Assembly (NCBI GenBank): GCA_963773035.1
Contig: CAVYZX010000009.1
Span: forward strand, 290,695-354,694
Direction: 5' to 3'
Origin: an uncultured Acidobacteriota bacterium
Lineage (GTDB): Bacteria; Acidobacteriota; Vicinamibacteria; Vicinamibacterales; CAVVIG01
Length of the DNA stretch: 64,000 nt
Shown here: one piece after another, positions 11,571 through 22,867 of the stretch
How the letters are laid out: each line of letters begins with the position of its first letter
Numbering within the stretch: position 1 is the stretch's first letter
The notes under the pieces: generated by a model
Seen by the model: the letters and a program-made list of their open reading frames with translations, nothing else
What the model was told of the DNA's origin: nothing
Databases searched by the model: none
Made by a program: the position numbers and the translations under genes

Positions 11571-13317
11571 ATGGAGACGTTCGTTCAAGACCTTTGGCAA
11601 TCTCTCCGCATGATGCGGCGAAGCCCGGGCTTCACCCTGGCAGCGGTGTCCGTCCTGGCGCTCGGTATCGGTGCGAATACGGCCATCTTCTCGGTCATCA
11701 ACACGGTTCTGCTGAAGCCGTTGCCGTATCCCGATCCCGCCCGGCTGGTGATGTTCATGAACGTCGTGCCACAGGGATCGTCGCCAGGGGCCTCCCCGAC
11801 GCGGTTCAACCTCTGGCGGCGCCTCACCGGCGCAGTTCAGGACGTTTCCGCCTTTCGAGCGAGCGTGGTCAATTTCACGGGCATCGGCGACCCGGAACAG
11901 CTACCGGCCGCACAGGTCAGCGCCGACTTCTTCAAGCTGTTCGGCGGACCGGTTGTTTCCGGTCGCACGTTCGATGCGAACGAGGATCTACCGAACGGCG
12001 GCCACGTCGTCGTTCTCAGTGAAGGTTTCTGGAAGCGCCGCTTTGGCGGCGACTCGACCGTCGTAGGCCGCACCCTCACCCTGGACGGCACGCCGCACGT
12101 CATTGTTGGAGTTCTTGGCCGATTCGACTCTGAGGACTTTCAGACATCCCCCGAGGCTGCGCCTGATGTGTGGCTCCCGTTTCAGATCGATCCCAACAGC
12201 ACGATGCAGGGCGCCTATTTCCTGGTCGCTGGTCGTCTCAAGCCCGGAGTGACGATTGGGGCAGCCAACGCGCAGCTTCAGCTGTCGACCAACGAGTTTC
12301 GTGAGAGGTTTCCCAATCTGCTGCCACCCCAGTTCAATTTCGGCGTCGAGCCTTTTGAAAACATCTTCGTTCGCAACGCTCGTTCGTCGCTATGGGTGCT
12401 CGCAGGCGCCGTTGGCTTCGTCTTGTTGATCGCCTGCGCGAACGTGGCGAACCTGCTGCTGGTCCGCGCCACGGTCCGAAAACGAGAGATCGCGGTTCGG
12501 GCGGCGATCGGCGCAGGCCGTAGCCGAATCCTGCGTCAACTGCTGACCGAAAGCGTCGTGTTGTCGGTGATGGGCGGCGCGCTGGGCCTCGGGCTGGGCA
12601 TGGCCGGTATTCGGGCTTTGCTTGCGGTCAACCCGGGGAACATTCCGCGCATCGGGCCGGACGGTACCGGCGTGGAGCTCGATTGGCGCGTGCTCTTATT
12701 TACGGCGGTCGTTTCTCTTCTGACCGGTGTGATCTTCGGTTTGTTTCCGGCGTTGCACGCCTCCCGGTCCGACCTGAGCTCAACGCTCAAGGAAGGAAGT
12801 GGGCGCTCGGGAACGGGGTTCCGTCAGAACAAGGCGCGCGCTCTTTTGGTGGTGAGCGAAATGGGATTGGCGCTGGTGCTCCTCGTCGGCGCGGCGCTGT
12901 TCATCCGGACCTTCGTTGCACTGCACGCCGTCGACCCGGGCTTCGATTCGCACGGTGTCCTGACGATGCGCATGTCTCTCACGGGGGCCAGGTTTGAGAA
13001 GACCTCCGCCGTTGCGCAGGTGATCCGGGAGGGCACCGAGCGCGTCAATGCGCTGCCAGGTGTCGAAGTCGCGGGCGCCGCGTGTTGCGTGCCGCTGCAA
13101 GGAGGACTGGGCCTGCCATTTACCATCGAAGGGCGCCCGTTGACTCAAGGGGCATTTCATGGCGGCGGCGGATTCATACCGATCTCGGCGACCTATTTCG
13201 GCGCCTATTCGGTAGAGCAGCGCACTCAGGAGATAGGCATTCGAGTGGCTCTCGGTGTCTGGTTGCCGGCGCGACGCGCGGCCCACGTCGATCCGGCAAT
13301 CGCTGCGAGTGGAATAG
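11571..13317 (+). pseudogene. ADOP/MacB-like duplicated ABC permease with internal deletions
   Basis: LALGIGANTAIFSV, LLIACANVANLLL and EIAVRAAIGAGR are intact. The sequence then jumps SATYF|GAYSVEQRTQEIGIRVALG|VWLPARRAAHVDP; the final LRVE-stop is out of frame (TAG 13315-13317). Confidence 0.85.
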
Positions 13318-13500
13318 AGAGTGGGCATCGAAACATCCGCTCGCAAAACAGTGGCAACGACAATTCCCGCCCATATCGCGTGCAGGCACTGTTAACCTGT
13401 TCCTTGCTGTCCTCGCCACGTGGCACAAGGTCGCCCACATTCCAGGTGCCGCGTTGCAAGTACGGTACAGGCACCTGTCCTGCATCGACGGACCTCGACC

Positions 13501-15240
13501 ATGCTGAGCCGGCTACTTCCCGACCGCACGCGCAAGTACGTCGCGGAAGAACGTGAATGCCTCGCGTCGCTGCAGCGCGTGCTCGATCGCTTCGACACGC
13601 CCGAGGGCGACAAGTCCGCGCTCCAACGCTCCATCGCTCAGCTCGATAGTCTCTTTCTCCTCGTCGTCATCGGCGAATTCAACGCGGGCAAGAGCGCTTT
13701 CGTGAACGCCCTCGTCGGCGCCCGCGTCCTCGAAGAAGGTGTCACGCCGACGACGACGAAGCTGCAAGTGCTGCACTATGGCGAAACATCCGGGCGAATG
13801 ATCGACGCCTCTGGCGCCGACGTCGTCAGCGCCCCCGTCGCGTTCCTGCAGGACATCAACATTGTCGATACCCCGGGCACCAATGCCATTTTCCGGGAGC
13901 ACGAGCGGCTGACCAGCGAGTTCGTCCCGCAGTCGGACCTCGTGCTGTTCGTCACCTCAGCCGATCGGCCCTTCACTGAAAGCGAGCGGTCGTTTCTTCA
14001 GAACATCAGGGACTGGGGTAAGAAGATCGTTGTCGTGATCAACAAGATTGATTTGCTGGAGCGGGCCGAAGAACGCGAGCAGGTGCGGCAGTTCGTGGCT
14101 GAGCACGGACGCGCGCTGCTTGGCAGCGAGCCGGAGATCTTCGCTGTATCTGCACGGCGTGCACTGCGCGAGAAGCTGGGCGAGCAGGTGCCCGAACCGG
14201 TGCCGGGCGATCGCTTCGAGGATCTCGAGCGCTACATCAGCTCCACTCTGGATGAGAAGGAGCGTCAGCGGTTGAAGCTCCTCAACCCGCTCGGCATCGG
14301 CGCACGACTTTCGCAGACCACGCGGGAAAGCCTTTCGGTGCGACTCGGCGTCCTGAAGCAGGATCTGCAGACCATCGAGGACATCGAGCGCCAGCTCGAC
14401 ATGTATCGGACGGACCTGTCGCGCGAATTCGAGTTCCGTCTGTCGGAGATCGACAGTATCCTGCACCAGTTCGAAAACCGCGGCATTGCATTCTTCGACG
14501 ACACTCTGCGCGTCGGTCGGATTCCGGACCTTCTGAACAAAGCCCGCATGCAGCGCGCCTTCGAGCGCCAGGTCGTGGGCGAGGTCCCGCAACAGATCGA
14601 CAAGCAGGTGCACGACGTCATCGACTGGATGATGGCGAGCGAGCTGCGGCAGTGGCAGGCCGTCACCGAGCACGTCAATCGCCGCAGTCGCGAGCACGAA
14701 GGGCGTCTGGTGGGTGCGGAGGCCAGTGGCTTTCAGTACGACCGTCACAAGCTGATCAATACCGTCGGCCGTGCCGCAAACAAGGCGGTCGAGAGCTACG
14801 ACAAGGAGCGGGAAGCGGCGCAGATGGCCGATGGCGTTCGCACCGCCGTGGCCGGGGCAGCACTTGCGCAGGCCGGTGCGATTGGGCTGGGCGCGATTGT
14901 CACGGCGCTGGCGACGACCACTGCCGCCGACGTGACGGGCATCTTCGCCGCCGGAGCGATTGCGGTGCTGGGCCTGTTCGTCATCCCGTCGAAGCGGGCT
15001 CATGCCAAGGCACAGCTGCGCGAACGTATCGAGCGCATGCGGACGGAGTTGATGACGAATCTGCGTGCCCAATTCCTGCGCGAGGTGGAACGCAGCGTGC
15101 GTGGGGTGATGGACGCGGTCGCGCCGTATACGCGCTTCGTGCGCGCTGAGAACGACAAGCTGACGAATCTCGACTGGGAGCTCGAGTCCATCAGTCGCGA
15201 GCTCGCTCGGATTCGCACCGAGATCGATACGGCCGCGTGA
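13501..15240 (+). CDS. Bacterial dynamin-like GTPase
   Basis: G1 GEFNAGKS, G2 PTT, G3 DTPG, G4 NKID; long helical stalk; hydrophobic paddle near the C-terminus. Confidence 0.9.
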   Translation: MLSRLLPDRTRKYVAEERECLASLQRVLDRFDTPEGDKSALQRSIAQLDSLFLLVVIGEFNAGKSAFVNALVGARVLEEGVTPTTTKLQVLHYGETSGRMIDASGADVVSAPVAFLQDINIVDTPGTNAIFREHERLTSEFVPQSDLVLFVTSADRPFTESERSFLQNIRDWGKKIVVVINKIDLLERAEEREQVRQFVAEHGRALLGSEPEIFAVSARRALREKLGEQVPEPVPGDRFEDLERYISSTLDEKERQRLKLLNPLGIGARLSQTTRESLSVRLGVLKQDLQTIEDIERQLDMYRTDLSREFEFRLSEIDSILHQFENRGIAFFDDTLRVGRIPDLLNKARMQRAFERQVVGEVPQQIDKQVHDVIDWMMASELRQWQAVTEHVNRRSREHEGRLVGAEASGFQYDRHKLINTVGRAANKAVESYDKEREAAQMADGVRTAVAGAALAQAGAIGLGAIVTALATTTAADVTGIFAAGAIAVLGLFVIPSKRAHAKAQLRERIERMRTELMTNLRAQFLREVERSVRGVMDAVAPYTRFVRAENDKLTNLDWELESISRELARIRTEIDTAA

Positions 15241-15503
15241 TTGGGCCATTCAGATGATCGGTGTGCGGAGATTGATCGCGTCGCTGTCATGCGCGCTCGT
15301 TCTGTGCGGTCCTTCGGTCCGCACCCAGGAGGCAGGCCAGCGTCGTTTCGTTGAACGTGTCGACGTGCCCCGCCTGATTGTCGAGGCTCGCGTGTCGACG
15401 ATCGCGGGAACCCCGTCCTCGGCCTGACCGCGGGTCGGCATGCTCATCGTCTTCTGTTCCAACGGACCTGCGTCTTCGCGCATCAGCGGAACCTGCCGGG
15501 CGC

Positions 15504-15552
15504 TTGACGCGTAATACTGTGTGGTATACAGTGAGCGGCACATAGTATGTGG
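15504..15552 (+). promoter_or_regulatory. Sigma70-type promoter overlapped by two inverted repeats (candidate PadR operator)
   Basis: TTGACG-17 nt-TACAGT (15504-15532); ACTGT-N7-ACAGT and CACATA-G-TATGTG palindromes. Confidence 0.65.
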
Positions 15553-15569
15553 CACCTGGGGTAGCGCCG

Positions 15570-15914
15570 ATGGACACCGACCTGTTTGAAACGCTCCGCC
15601 TCGAGCTGCGCCGCGGCTGTCTTGTCGTCGCCGTGCTGGCCCAGCTGCGCGCCGAACACTACGGCTACACGTTGCGCAAGGCCCTGGCCGTGCGGGGCCT
15701 CGACATCGACGAAGGCACGCTCTATCCGCTGCTGCGGCGCCTGGAAAGTCAGGGTCTGCTCGTCAGCGAGTGGCGCGAGGAAGACAAACGCAACAAGCGG
15801 TTCTACAAGCTGTCGGTGGAGGGCAGGCGCGTGCTCAAGGAGCTGCTGGGCGAATGGGAAGGTCTCAACGACGCGCTGCACACGATTCTCGGCCGCGCGA
15901 AGTGGATTGCGTAG
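15570..15914 (+). CDS. PadR family transcriptional regulator
   Basis: ELRRG, HYGY, EGTLYPLLRRLE..G and RFYKLS.EG winged-helix motifs. Confidence 0.92.
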   Translation: MDTDLFETLRLELRRGCLVVAVLAQLRAEHYGYTLRKALAVRGLDIDEGTLYPLLRRLESQGLLVSEWREEDKRNKRFYKLSVEGRRVLKELLGEWEGLNDALHTILGRAKWIA

Positions 15915-15928
15915 CAAGGAGCCGGATC

Positions 15929-16882
15929 ATGAACATCGTCGATCGCTATCTGCTGGCCGTCAGAGCGTTCCTGCCGCGGGCGACGCAGGAGGACATCATC
16001 AAAGAGCTCTCCGAAGACATTCGTTCGCGCATCGAGGATCGCGAGGAAGCGGTGGGACGCCCGCTGACGGCGGCGGAACAGGAAAGCCTGGTCAAGGAGT
16101 TGGGCCATCCGGCGCTGCTCGCGGGCCGCTATGGGCCGCGCCGCCGCCTGATTGGCCCGGAATTGTTCCCGTTCTACTGGCTCGTGCTGAAGCTGGCGCT
16201 CGGCGTCGGCGTGGCCGTGCACCTGGCCATCGCGATCGCGATGTTCTCAGGCGGCCATCCCGGTCAGGCGCTCCGGCAGGCCACCGTCGTTCTGCCGCTC
16301 GTCGCGTTCGTGCAATTTGGCGTGATCACGATTGTGTTTGCGGCGCTCGATTTCTATGGTGTGCTGTCGCGTTTCAATATCGGATGGAACCCGCGGGCCC
16401 TGCCTGCGGCGCCTCGACGGAGGCAGCCGCTCGTCCACCTGGTGCTTTCGATGCTGGTGGCCGCCTGGTGGCTGATCGCGTTGCGCCAGCCGGCCATGAT
16501 CTTCGGCCCCCACGCGTCTGTGGTCCGGCTTGCACCGATCTGGCAGTCGCTGTATCTGCCGATTCTGCTGTTGACCCTGTCCGATGTGGCGCTGCGCATC
16601 GTCGATCTGGTGCGCCCGCAGTGGACGCGTGCCCGCTCGCTCGCGCGCGTGGCGATCAGCGGCCTTGCGCTTGCGATTCTTTATGTGCTGATGCGGGCAG
16701 GTGAGTGGGTCGTGATCGTCGATGCCGCCAACGCATCGTCGGCCATGAGAGGTGTAGTGGAGGTCTTCAACCAGGCGTTCCCATGGGGGTTCGGATTCGT
16801 CGCGATCGGCTTTGTCGTCACGATGCTCGTCCAGTTGTGGACATTCAGGGCTGGCCGGCACGACGTCACTCAGACGACATAG
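15929..16882 (+). CDS. PadR-associated membrane protein (HAAS-like N-terminal domain)
   Basis: IVDRYL..V...LP.....DI..EL...I and LGHP..LA.RY...R.LIGP, then about six TM segments; AAGGAG RBS. Confidence 0.8.
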   Translation: MNIVDRYLLAVRAFLPRATQEDIIKELSEDIRSRIEDREEAVGRPLTAAEQESLVKELGHPALLAGRYGPRRRLIGPELFPFYWLVLKLALGVGVAVHLAIAIAMFSGGHPGQALRQATVVLPLVAFVQFGVITIVFAALDFYGVLSRFNIGWNPRALPAAPRRRQPLVHLVLSMLVAAWWLIALRQPAMIFGPHASVVRLAPIWQSLYLPILLLTLSDVALRIVDLVRPQWTRARSLARVAISGLALAILYVLMRAGEWVVIVDAANASSAMRGVVEVFNQAFPWGFGFVAIGFVVTMLVQLWTFRAGRHDVTQTT

Positions 16883-17368
16883 TACGCGCCGTGATCAGGC
16901 CGATTGCGCTGCTGGCGCTCACGATTGCGGTGCTCACGGCGGGCTGTCCGAGACAGCGAGGCGCCATCTGATAAGGGATCTTCCGTCAACCTGGCATCGG
17001 GATCCGCTTAATGCGGCCGTCCTCCTCCCCGCTGACGATTCTGCCACGTCGGACTGACGCGAGCGAGGCAAGCCCAGCAGTAGTTCGGCGTCGCCGTCCT
17101 TCGAGAGATATGCAAACGGTTCCTCCCCTCTCCCCACGCGCCGGTAGTCGTTGAACTCGCCGCGCGAAGCGTGGAAAAGATCGATGGAGCCGGCAAAAAA
17201 TTGCTATTGTGAACCGCCAGTCGCATACGTAATCTCTGCCTCGATGTGGCTGACTTCGCCAAGCTGTGATCATCGCTCATTCCGCGTGCGCAAGCGATTG
17301 GTTGGCCACGGGGACCGACATCCGTATCGGCAGCGATTTGCGGCGTCCAACTAAAGGAGAAAGAGACA

Positions 17369-17923
17369 ATGAGACCACGACTCGTAATCGTCATCGGCGT
17401 CGCCATAATGGCTATGGCGGCGGGACTTCAAGCGCAGACCACAACGACGCCCTCGGGCGCGGCTCAGGTCAAAACCGAACAGATGACTGGGGAAGTAATG
17501 TTGGTCGAGGGCAACCTGCTACTCGCCAAGATGCAGCCGAGCGGCGAGTACCGCGTTTTCAACGTCCAGCCCGGGCGGCAATTCATGATCGACGGACAGG
17601 CCAAGCTCATCGGCGACCTCAAGCCAGGAACGGTCCTCAGCGCGACGGTCACCACGACAACACAGCCGGTTACGGTCCGCACCACGACCGTCACCAACGG
17701 TACGGTGTGGTACGTCTCGGGCAACTACGTGATCCTGACGCTCGCGAACGGCGAGAACCGCGATTACAAAGTCCCCGAGTCGTTCAGGTTCACGGTGGAG
17801 GGCAAGCCCGCATCTGTTAGTGACCTGAGGAAGGGAATGAAGGTCTCGGCGACGCGGATCGTCGAAGAGCCGCGCACTGAGATGTCGACGCAGGCCGCGG
17901 TGACGGGCAAGGCCCCCAAGTAG
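17369..17923 (+). CDS. Secreted protein with two internal beta-rich repeats
   Basis: AAGGAG RBS; signal peptide; repeats GEV..VEGN...F.IDG....IGDLKPG and GTV..VSGN...F.VEG....VSDLRKG. Confidence 0.8.
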   Translation: MRPRLVIVIGVAIMAMAAGLQAQTTTTPSGAAQVKTEQMTGEVMLVEGNLLLAKMQPSGEYRVFNVQPGRQFMIDGQAKLIGDLKPGTVLSATVTTTTQPVTVRTTTVTNGTVWYVSGNYVILTLANGENRDYKVPESFRFTVEGKPASVSDLRKGMKVSATRIVEEPRTEMSTQAAVTGKAPK

Positions 17924-18031
17924 GGAAGCGGCGGGCAAGTCCCCTTCGCTGAGACGTGCGAGATCCGGGGCGTCCCGCGAGTAGACGCGCAGTCAGATTC
18001 CTGAGGTCAACAGCACTGCATCGCGGGAACT

Positions 18032-18117
18032 GGGTTCAAGGTTCAGGCTTCAGCGTTCAAGGTTCGGTTCTGGGTGCAGGGTTCAGGGTTCGGCAGCGCG
18101 AGCGTTGAACCCTGCAC
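18032..18117. repeat. Degenerate heptamer array (GGGTTCA-like) with an inverted copy
   Basis: gggttca aggttca ggcttca gcgttca ... gggtgca gggttca gggttcg, then tgaaccctgcac. Confidence 0.7.
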
Positions 18118-18189
18118 TCGGGCCTCGTGCCGGGCGCGCATCAGGCGCTACGCGACGCTACCTTCGAGGTGGCTGGCTCTGACATAACC

Positions 18190-18644
18190 CTATCCGACCG
18201 ACGCGAACGTGTACCCTCGTTCCTGGCCTCGACTCACCGCCACGATTCCTGCCGGCACCATATGGGAGTTCGCGACCAAGTTGCCGACGACCTCGTTGTA
18301 CACGGCATCGGCGTTTCCGCCGCTGGCTTGCGCCAGGCCAGCCGCAAAAAGCCGAGTGGCGAGCTGGCACACCGCCAGATGCACCCCTCGCTTGAACACG
18401 GTCGCGAAATGCCGCACCACGATGACGATGGCCGAGTCTGAGTCCTTCAGGCCGTAACCGGTCTGGCTAGCTGTCAGAAAGTTATTCGCATACAGTAGGG
18501 CACTGCCGAACGCGTCGGCTGTGGTGGTGTCGAGGAGTAGCCGATGTTGGCCCCGCCACCAACCAGAGCGGCGCCGAAGACCGCGGTTGTCCCAGCGCCA
18601 ATCCGCGAGAGAAACGAACGACGGGCTAGCGGCAACCAGCTCAT
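18190..18644 (-). pseudogene. Tat-exported DsrE-like protein remnant with internal deletions
   Basis: GAGGA RBS and MSWLPLARRSFLSR Tat signal; frame change to HRLLLDTTT...LLYANNF...VRHFATVF, directly joined to KRGVHLAVCQLAT...VPAGIVAVSRGQERGY. Confidence 0.65.
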
Positions 18645-18686
18645 ACTATTCCTCGCTTTCATGACATGTCGTGTCGGACTAATAGA

Positions 18687-19964
18687 ATGGCTACTCCCAT
18701 GAATCGCGCGCGTATCCCCTTGTTGCGCACGGCCCTCGCCGTCGTGGCCGTGGCGGTGCTCGTCGCCTCAGTGGGGGCCAGGCCCCCAGCCCTTTCCACG
18801 GCCGGAGCCGCGGCTCTTACCCAGCGTTTGGACGCGGCAACCCGGCGTGGCGAGGTGCCGGCGGTGGTCGTGCTGGTGACCAATGCCGACGACGTCATGT
18901 TCGAGCATGCGGCTGGAAGGCGCGACGTCTCCAACAACGCCCCGCTGTCGGAGAACGCAATCTTCAGGATCGCGTCGATGGGCAAGCCGGTGACCTCGGC
19001 AGCAATCATGATGCTCATGGAGTCCGGACGTCTCGGGCTTGACGATCCGGCGAATCGATATCTGCCGTCGATTGATGCCTTGAAGGTTGTGACCCAGGTC
19101 AACCCGGATGGGTCGCTCGAATTGCGGCCGCCGCGCCGTGCCATCACGATCCGCGACTTGCTGACGCACACGTCCGGAATCGGGTACAGCTTCTCGGATC
19201 CAATCCTGTTCAAGCTCCAGCAGAGCGGCAAAGGCGAACAAGACCTTCCTCTGCTCCATGATCCCGGCGAGAAGTGGACGTACGGCGCGAGCACAAAGTA
19301 TCTCGGCGACATAGTCGAGCGGGTGTCGGGGCAACCTCTCGATACGTTCCTGCGGACGCGCCTGCTCGAACCGTTGGAGATGGCCGATACCTCGTTCGAG
19401 CTTGCCGCGGACGCTCGCGCCCGTCTGGTTACGGTGCATCAGCGCGTGAACGGCGTGCTGATGGAGCGGCCGAACCCGGACGTTGCGCGAAACCCCGTCC
19501 GCGGGGACGGCGGCCAGTTCTCGACCGCCCGTGATTACGGCAAGTTCCTGCGCCTGTTCTTGAATGGCGGCCGCGCCGGGCCCACGCGGCTTCTTGCGGA
19601 GTCGTCAATCCGCGACATGACGCGGAACCAGATCGGTCCATTGGTCGTCCGTAGGCAGCCGGCCGCGAACGCCGCCGTCAGCAAGCCGTTTCCTCTCGGC
19701 GGAGCGAACGATTACTGGGGCTTTGGCGACACCTGGGGCCTGGGGTTCCAACTTTCCGCGCCCACGACGTTGCTTCATCGACGCGCACCGGGCAGCTACA
19801 GCTGGGCAGGCATCAACAACACCCATTTCTGGGTCGATCCACAGCGACAGATTGCGGTCGTCGTGTTGATGCAGGTGCTCCCGTTCTATGACGATGCCTG
19901 CATCCAGCTGCTGACGGATGTGGAAGAGCTTGTCAATCAGTACGTAAGCGCGCCTTCACAGTAA
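18687..19964 (+). CDS. Serine hydrolase, beta-lactamase class C-like family, secreted
   Basis: FRIASMGK (SxxK), LLTHTSG, PGEKWTY and WAGINNTHFWVDP. Confidence 0.9.
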   Translation: MATPMNRARIPLLRTALAVVAVAVLVASVGARPPALSTAGAAALTQRLDAATRRGEVPAVVVLVTNADDVMFEHAAGRRDVSNNAPLSENAIFRIASMGKPVTSAAIMMLMESGRLGLDDPANRYLPSIDALKVVTQVNPDGSLELRPPRRAITIRDLLTHTSGIGYSFSDPILFKLQQSGKGEQDLPLLHDPGEKWTYGASTKYLGDIVERVSGQPLDTFLRTRLLEPLEMADTSFELAADARARLVTVHQRVNGVLMERPNPDVARNPVRGDGGQFSTARDYGKFLRLFLNGGRAGPTRLLAESSIRDMTRNQIGPLVVRRQPAANAAVSKPFPLGGANDYWGFGDTWGLGFQLSAPTTLLHRRAPGSYSWAGINNTHFWVDPQRQIAVVVLMQVLPFYDDACIQLLTDVEELVNQYVSAPSQ

Positions 19965-20007
19965 TCGAAGAGGGAGGCAACGTCAGGCTTCGGCCGTATC
20001 GTGGTGA

Positions 20008-22789
20008 ATGATGGCGGTGCAGCCAGGTTCGCGCGTCGGCGGATACGAGATCACGGCGCTCCTTGGGCGCGGAGGGATGGGCGAGGTGTATCGTGCCCGC
20101 GACACGAAGCTCGGGCGCGATGTGGCCATCAAGATCCTGCCCGACGTGTGGATGACCGATCCGGACCGGCGAGCCCGCCTGGACCGAGAGGCTCGAGTGC
20201 TCGCTTCGCTCAATCACCCGCACATCGGCGCGATCTACGGCACCGAGGAGAGCAGCGATTTCTCAGCGTTGGTGCTCGAGTTGGTCGAGGGCGAGACGCT
20301 TGCCGAGCGGCTGTCGCGCCTTGAGCCACCCCGTTCAAGCGCGCCGAGGTCAGGCCCCGGGTCGGCTCCAGGTCAGAAGGCCGGGTTACCGCTGAAGGAG
20401 GCCCTCGAGATCGCGCGCCAGATTGCTGACGCGCTGGACACCGCTCATGAAAGGGGCGTGATCCATCGCGATTTGAAGCCCGCGAACATCAAGATCAATC
20501 CGTCAGGCGTCGTCAAGGTCCTGGACTTCGGGCTGGCCACCTATCAGCCCGGTGCCACCGCTTTTGGAGACGCTGCGCCCGAATCGGCGAGCGATGCAGC
20601 GCACGCGCTCACGATGGCAGGCGGTACGCTCCCCGGCACGATTCTCGGCACGGCCGGGTACATGAGCCCCGAGCAGGCGCGAGGCAGGTCTGTCGATAAA
20701 CGGACGGACATCTGGGCGTTCGGGTGCGTGCTCTACGAGATGCTTTCGGGACGCCCGCCATTCGGCGGCGAAACCACTTCCGACGCGATCGCCGGCATCT
20801 TGGAGCGCGAACCCGAGTGGATCACGCTGCCAAGCAGCCTTCCGGCCGGCGTGCGAGGACTGCTTGAACGCTGCCTCGCGAAGGATCCGAAGCAACGCCT
20901 GCGTGACGTCGGCGAAGCGCGATTCGAGATAGAAAAGGCGCTCGCCTTGCCCAGTGCGCCGCCGGTGATGACCCATGTGCCGGCGGCCGGACGAACGACC
21001 GCACGATGGGTCGCCGTCGTCGCGGGGACGGCCGTTCTCTCGGGCACCGCCGTCTGGATGCTCACACCCCGATCCTCGCCGGCTCAGTCCGCGCTCTGGT
21101 CGGTGTCGCGTCTCGCGGTCTCCCCGCCCGCGGGCGTTCCTCTGGCCGTCGATACCTCGCGGGTCGCCGTGTCGCCCGATGGCCGCAGCGTCGCCTACGT
21201 CGCGGGTCGTGGCCGCCGTCAGCAGATTTACCTTCGAGATCTCGATCAATTCGACAGCATCCCGATCCCGGGCACCGAAGGCGCAAGCAACCCGTTCTTT
21301 TCGCCTGACAGCCAATGGCTCGGGTTCTCCGCCGCTGGAGGACTGAAAAAGGTGCTCCGCAGCGGCGGCACGCCATTGACGATCACCGAGGTAGCCGCGC
21401 TGTCTGTGACGTGGGCTTCGGAGCCGAGATGGCAGGCCGACGACACGATTCTTTTCACGCCCAACCTCGGCGCTGGCATCTGGCGGGTTTCTGCCGCTGG
21501 CGGAACGCCAAGCGCGGTGACAACGTTGGCGGACACCGAGCTCAGCCATCGTTGGCCGCAGACCTTGCCTGGCGGCAAAACCCTGCTATTCAGCGCATTC
21601 ACCGGCTCCGACGACGCCCAGATTTACGTTCAGTCACTCGAGACCGGCCAGCGCCGCCCGCTCGTGAAGGGGTCCGGCGCCAGCTATCTTCCCACCGGAC
21701 ACCTGGTCTATGTTCAGGCCGGCACCCTGATGGCGGTGCCGTTCGATTCCGCCCGCGTTGAAGCCACGGGGCCGGCAGTCGCGGTGTTGTCCGGCGTCAT
21801 GGAGATGACCCGGCTTCGCAACGGCACGCTCGCGAATCAAGCGCCGCAGGTCGGCTTCTCTGCCGCCGGCACAATGGCGTACGTTCCGGCAGGCAAGCCC
21901 CGCCAGACCGCGCTCACGTGGGTCGGTCGCGCCGGGGGCGAGATGCCCACGGGAGCGTCCGGCGGCACGTACTATCAGCCGCGCATCTCTCCAGACGGTG
22001 GGCGCGTGGCGGTGACCGTCCGAGGGGTGGACCGCGATGATGTGTGGTTGTACGACCTGACCCGCGAGACGTGGAGCCGGTTTACTTCGCAGGGGAACAA
22101 CGCCTTTCCGGTCTGGGCGCAGGATGGTCGCAGACTCACCTATGTCTCCGACAAAGCCGGTCTGGACAACATGTACTGGAAGCCATTGGACGGGCGCGGT
22201 CCGGAGGAGCGACTCGTGGCGAGTGAGCGGCCGAACTATCCCTTCTCTTGGTCGCGCGACGACGGCCCTGCTGTTCGTCTCCGTATCCCTTCGTGCCGCG
22301 CAGGATCTCTGGGTCCTTCGAACAGGTGGCGAGCGAAAGGCAGCCGCGTTTCTCGAGACGCCGTTTGTCGAGGGAGCGCCGGCGCTCTCGCCGGACGGTC
22401 GATGCGTCGCGTACGTGTCGGGCGAATCGGGTCGTAATGAGATTCAAGTCCGGCAGTTTCCGGACTCCGGAGAGAAGCTGACGATCTCGACCGAAGGCGG
22501 CAACGAGCCGGTCTGGTCGCGGAACGGTCGAGAGCTGTTCTATCGCAGTGGTGACGCGATGATGGCCGTCGAAGTCACGACGAATCCCGTGCTGAGCGCG
22601 AGCAAGCCGCGACGACTGTTCGAACGGCCCTATGAGCTCAGTTCTGCTCTTTGGCCTGATTATGACGTGTCACCCGACGGTCAGCGGTTCCTGATGGTCA
22701 AGATGGTCGACGAATCCGAGGTGCCCGCCCAGATCAACGTCGTACTGAACTGGTTCGACGAGTTGAAGCGCCTCGTGCCGCCAAAGTAG
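20008..22789 (+). CDS. Hanks-type Ser/Thr protein kinase with TM helix and TolB/PD40 beta-propeller repeats (frameshift near 22258)
   Basis: LGRGGMGEVY, VAIK, HRDLKPAN, DFG and GTAGYMSPE; SPDG repeats continue in ORF 22124-22789, ending VVLNWFDELKRLVP. Confidence 0.92.
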
Positions 22790-22867
22790 CCGCAGGCGTA
22801 CTCGGCGCTGAGCCCTCGACTATACTCAGGCGGTCAGCCGACCCATCCAATCCACGGAGGCAGTCGC

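Noticed and set aside
13501-15240. Dynamin as part of an anti-phage defence island
   Set aside because: It is a single gene with no recognisable defence neighbours; a defence role cannot be supported from this sequence.
16934-17270. Possible coding remnants at 16934-17270 (minus strand), 15250-15450, 35180-35510 and 40040-40660
   Set aside because: The translations look vaguely protein-like but I recognised no family motif; BLASTX would be needed.
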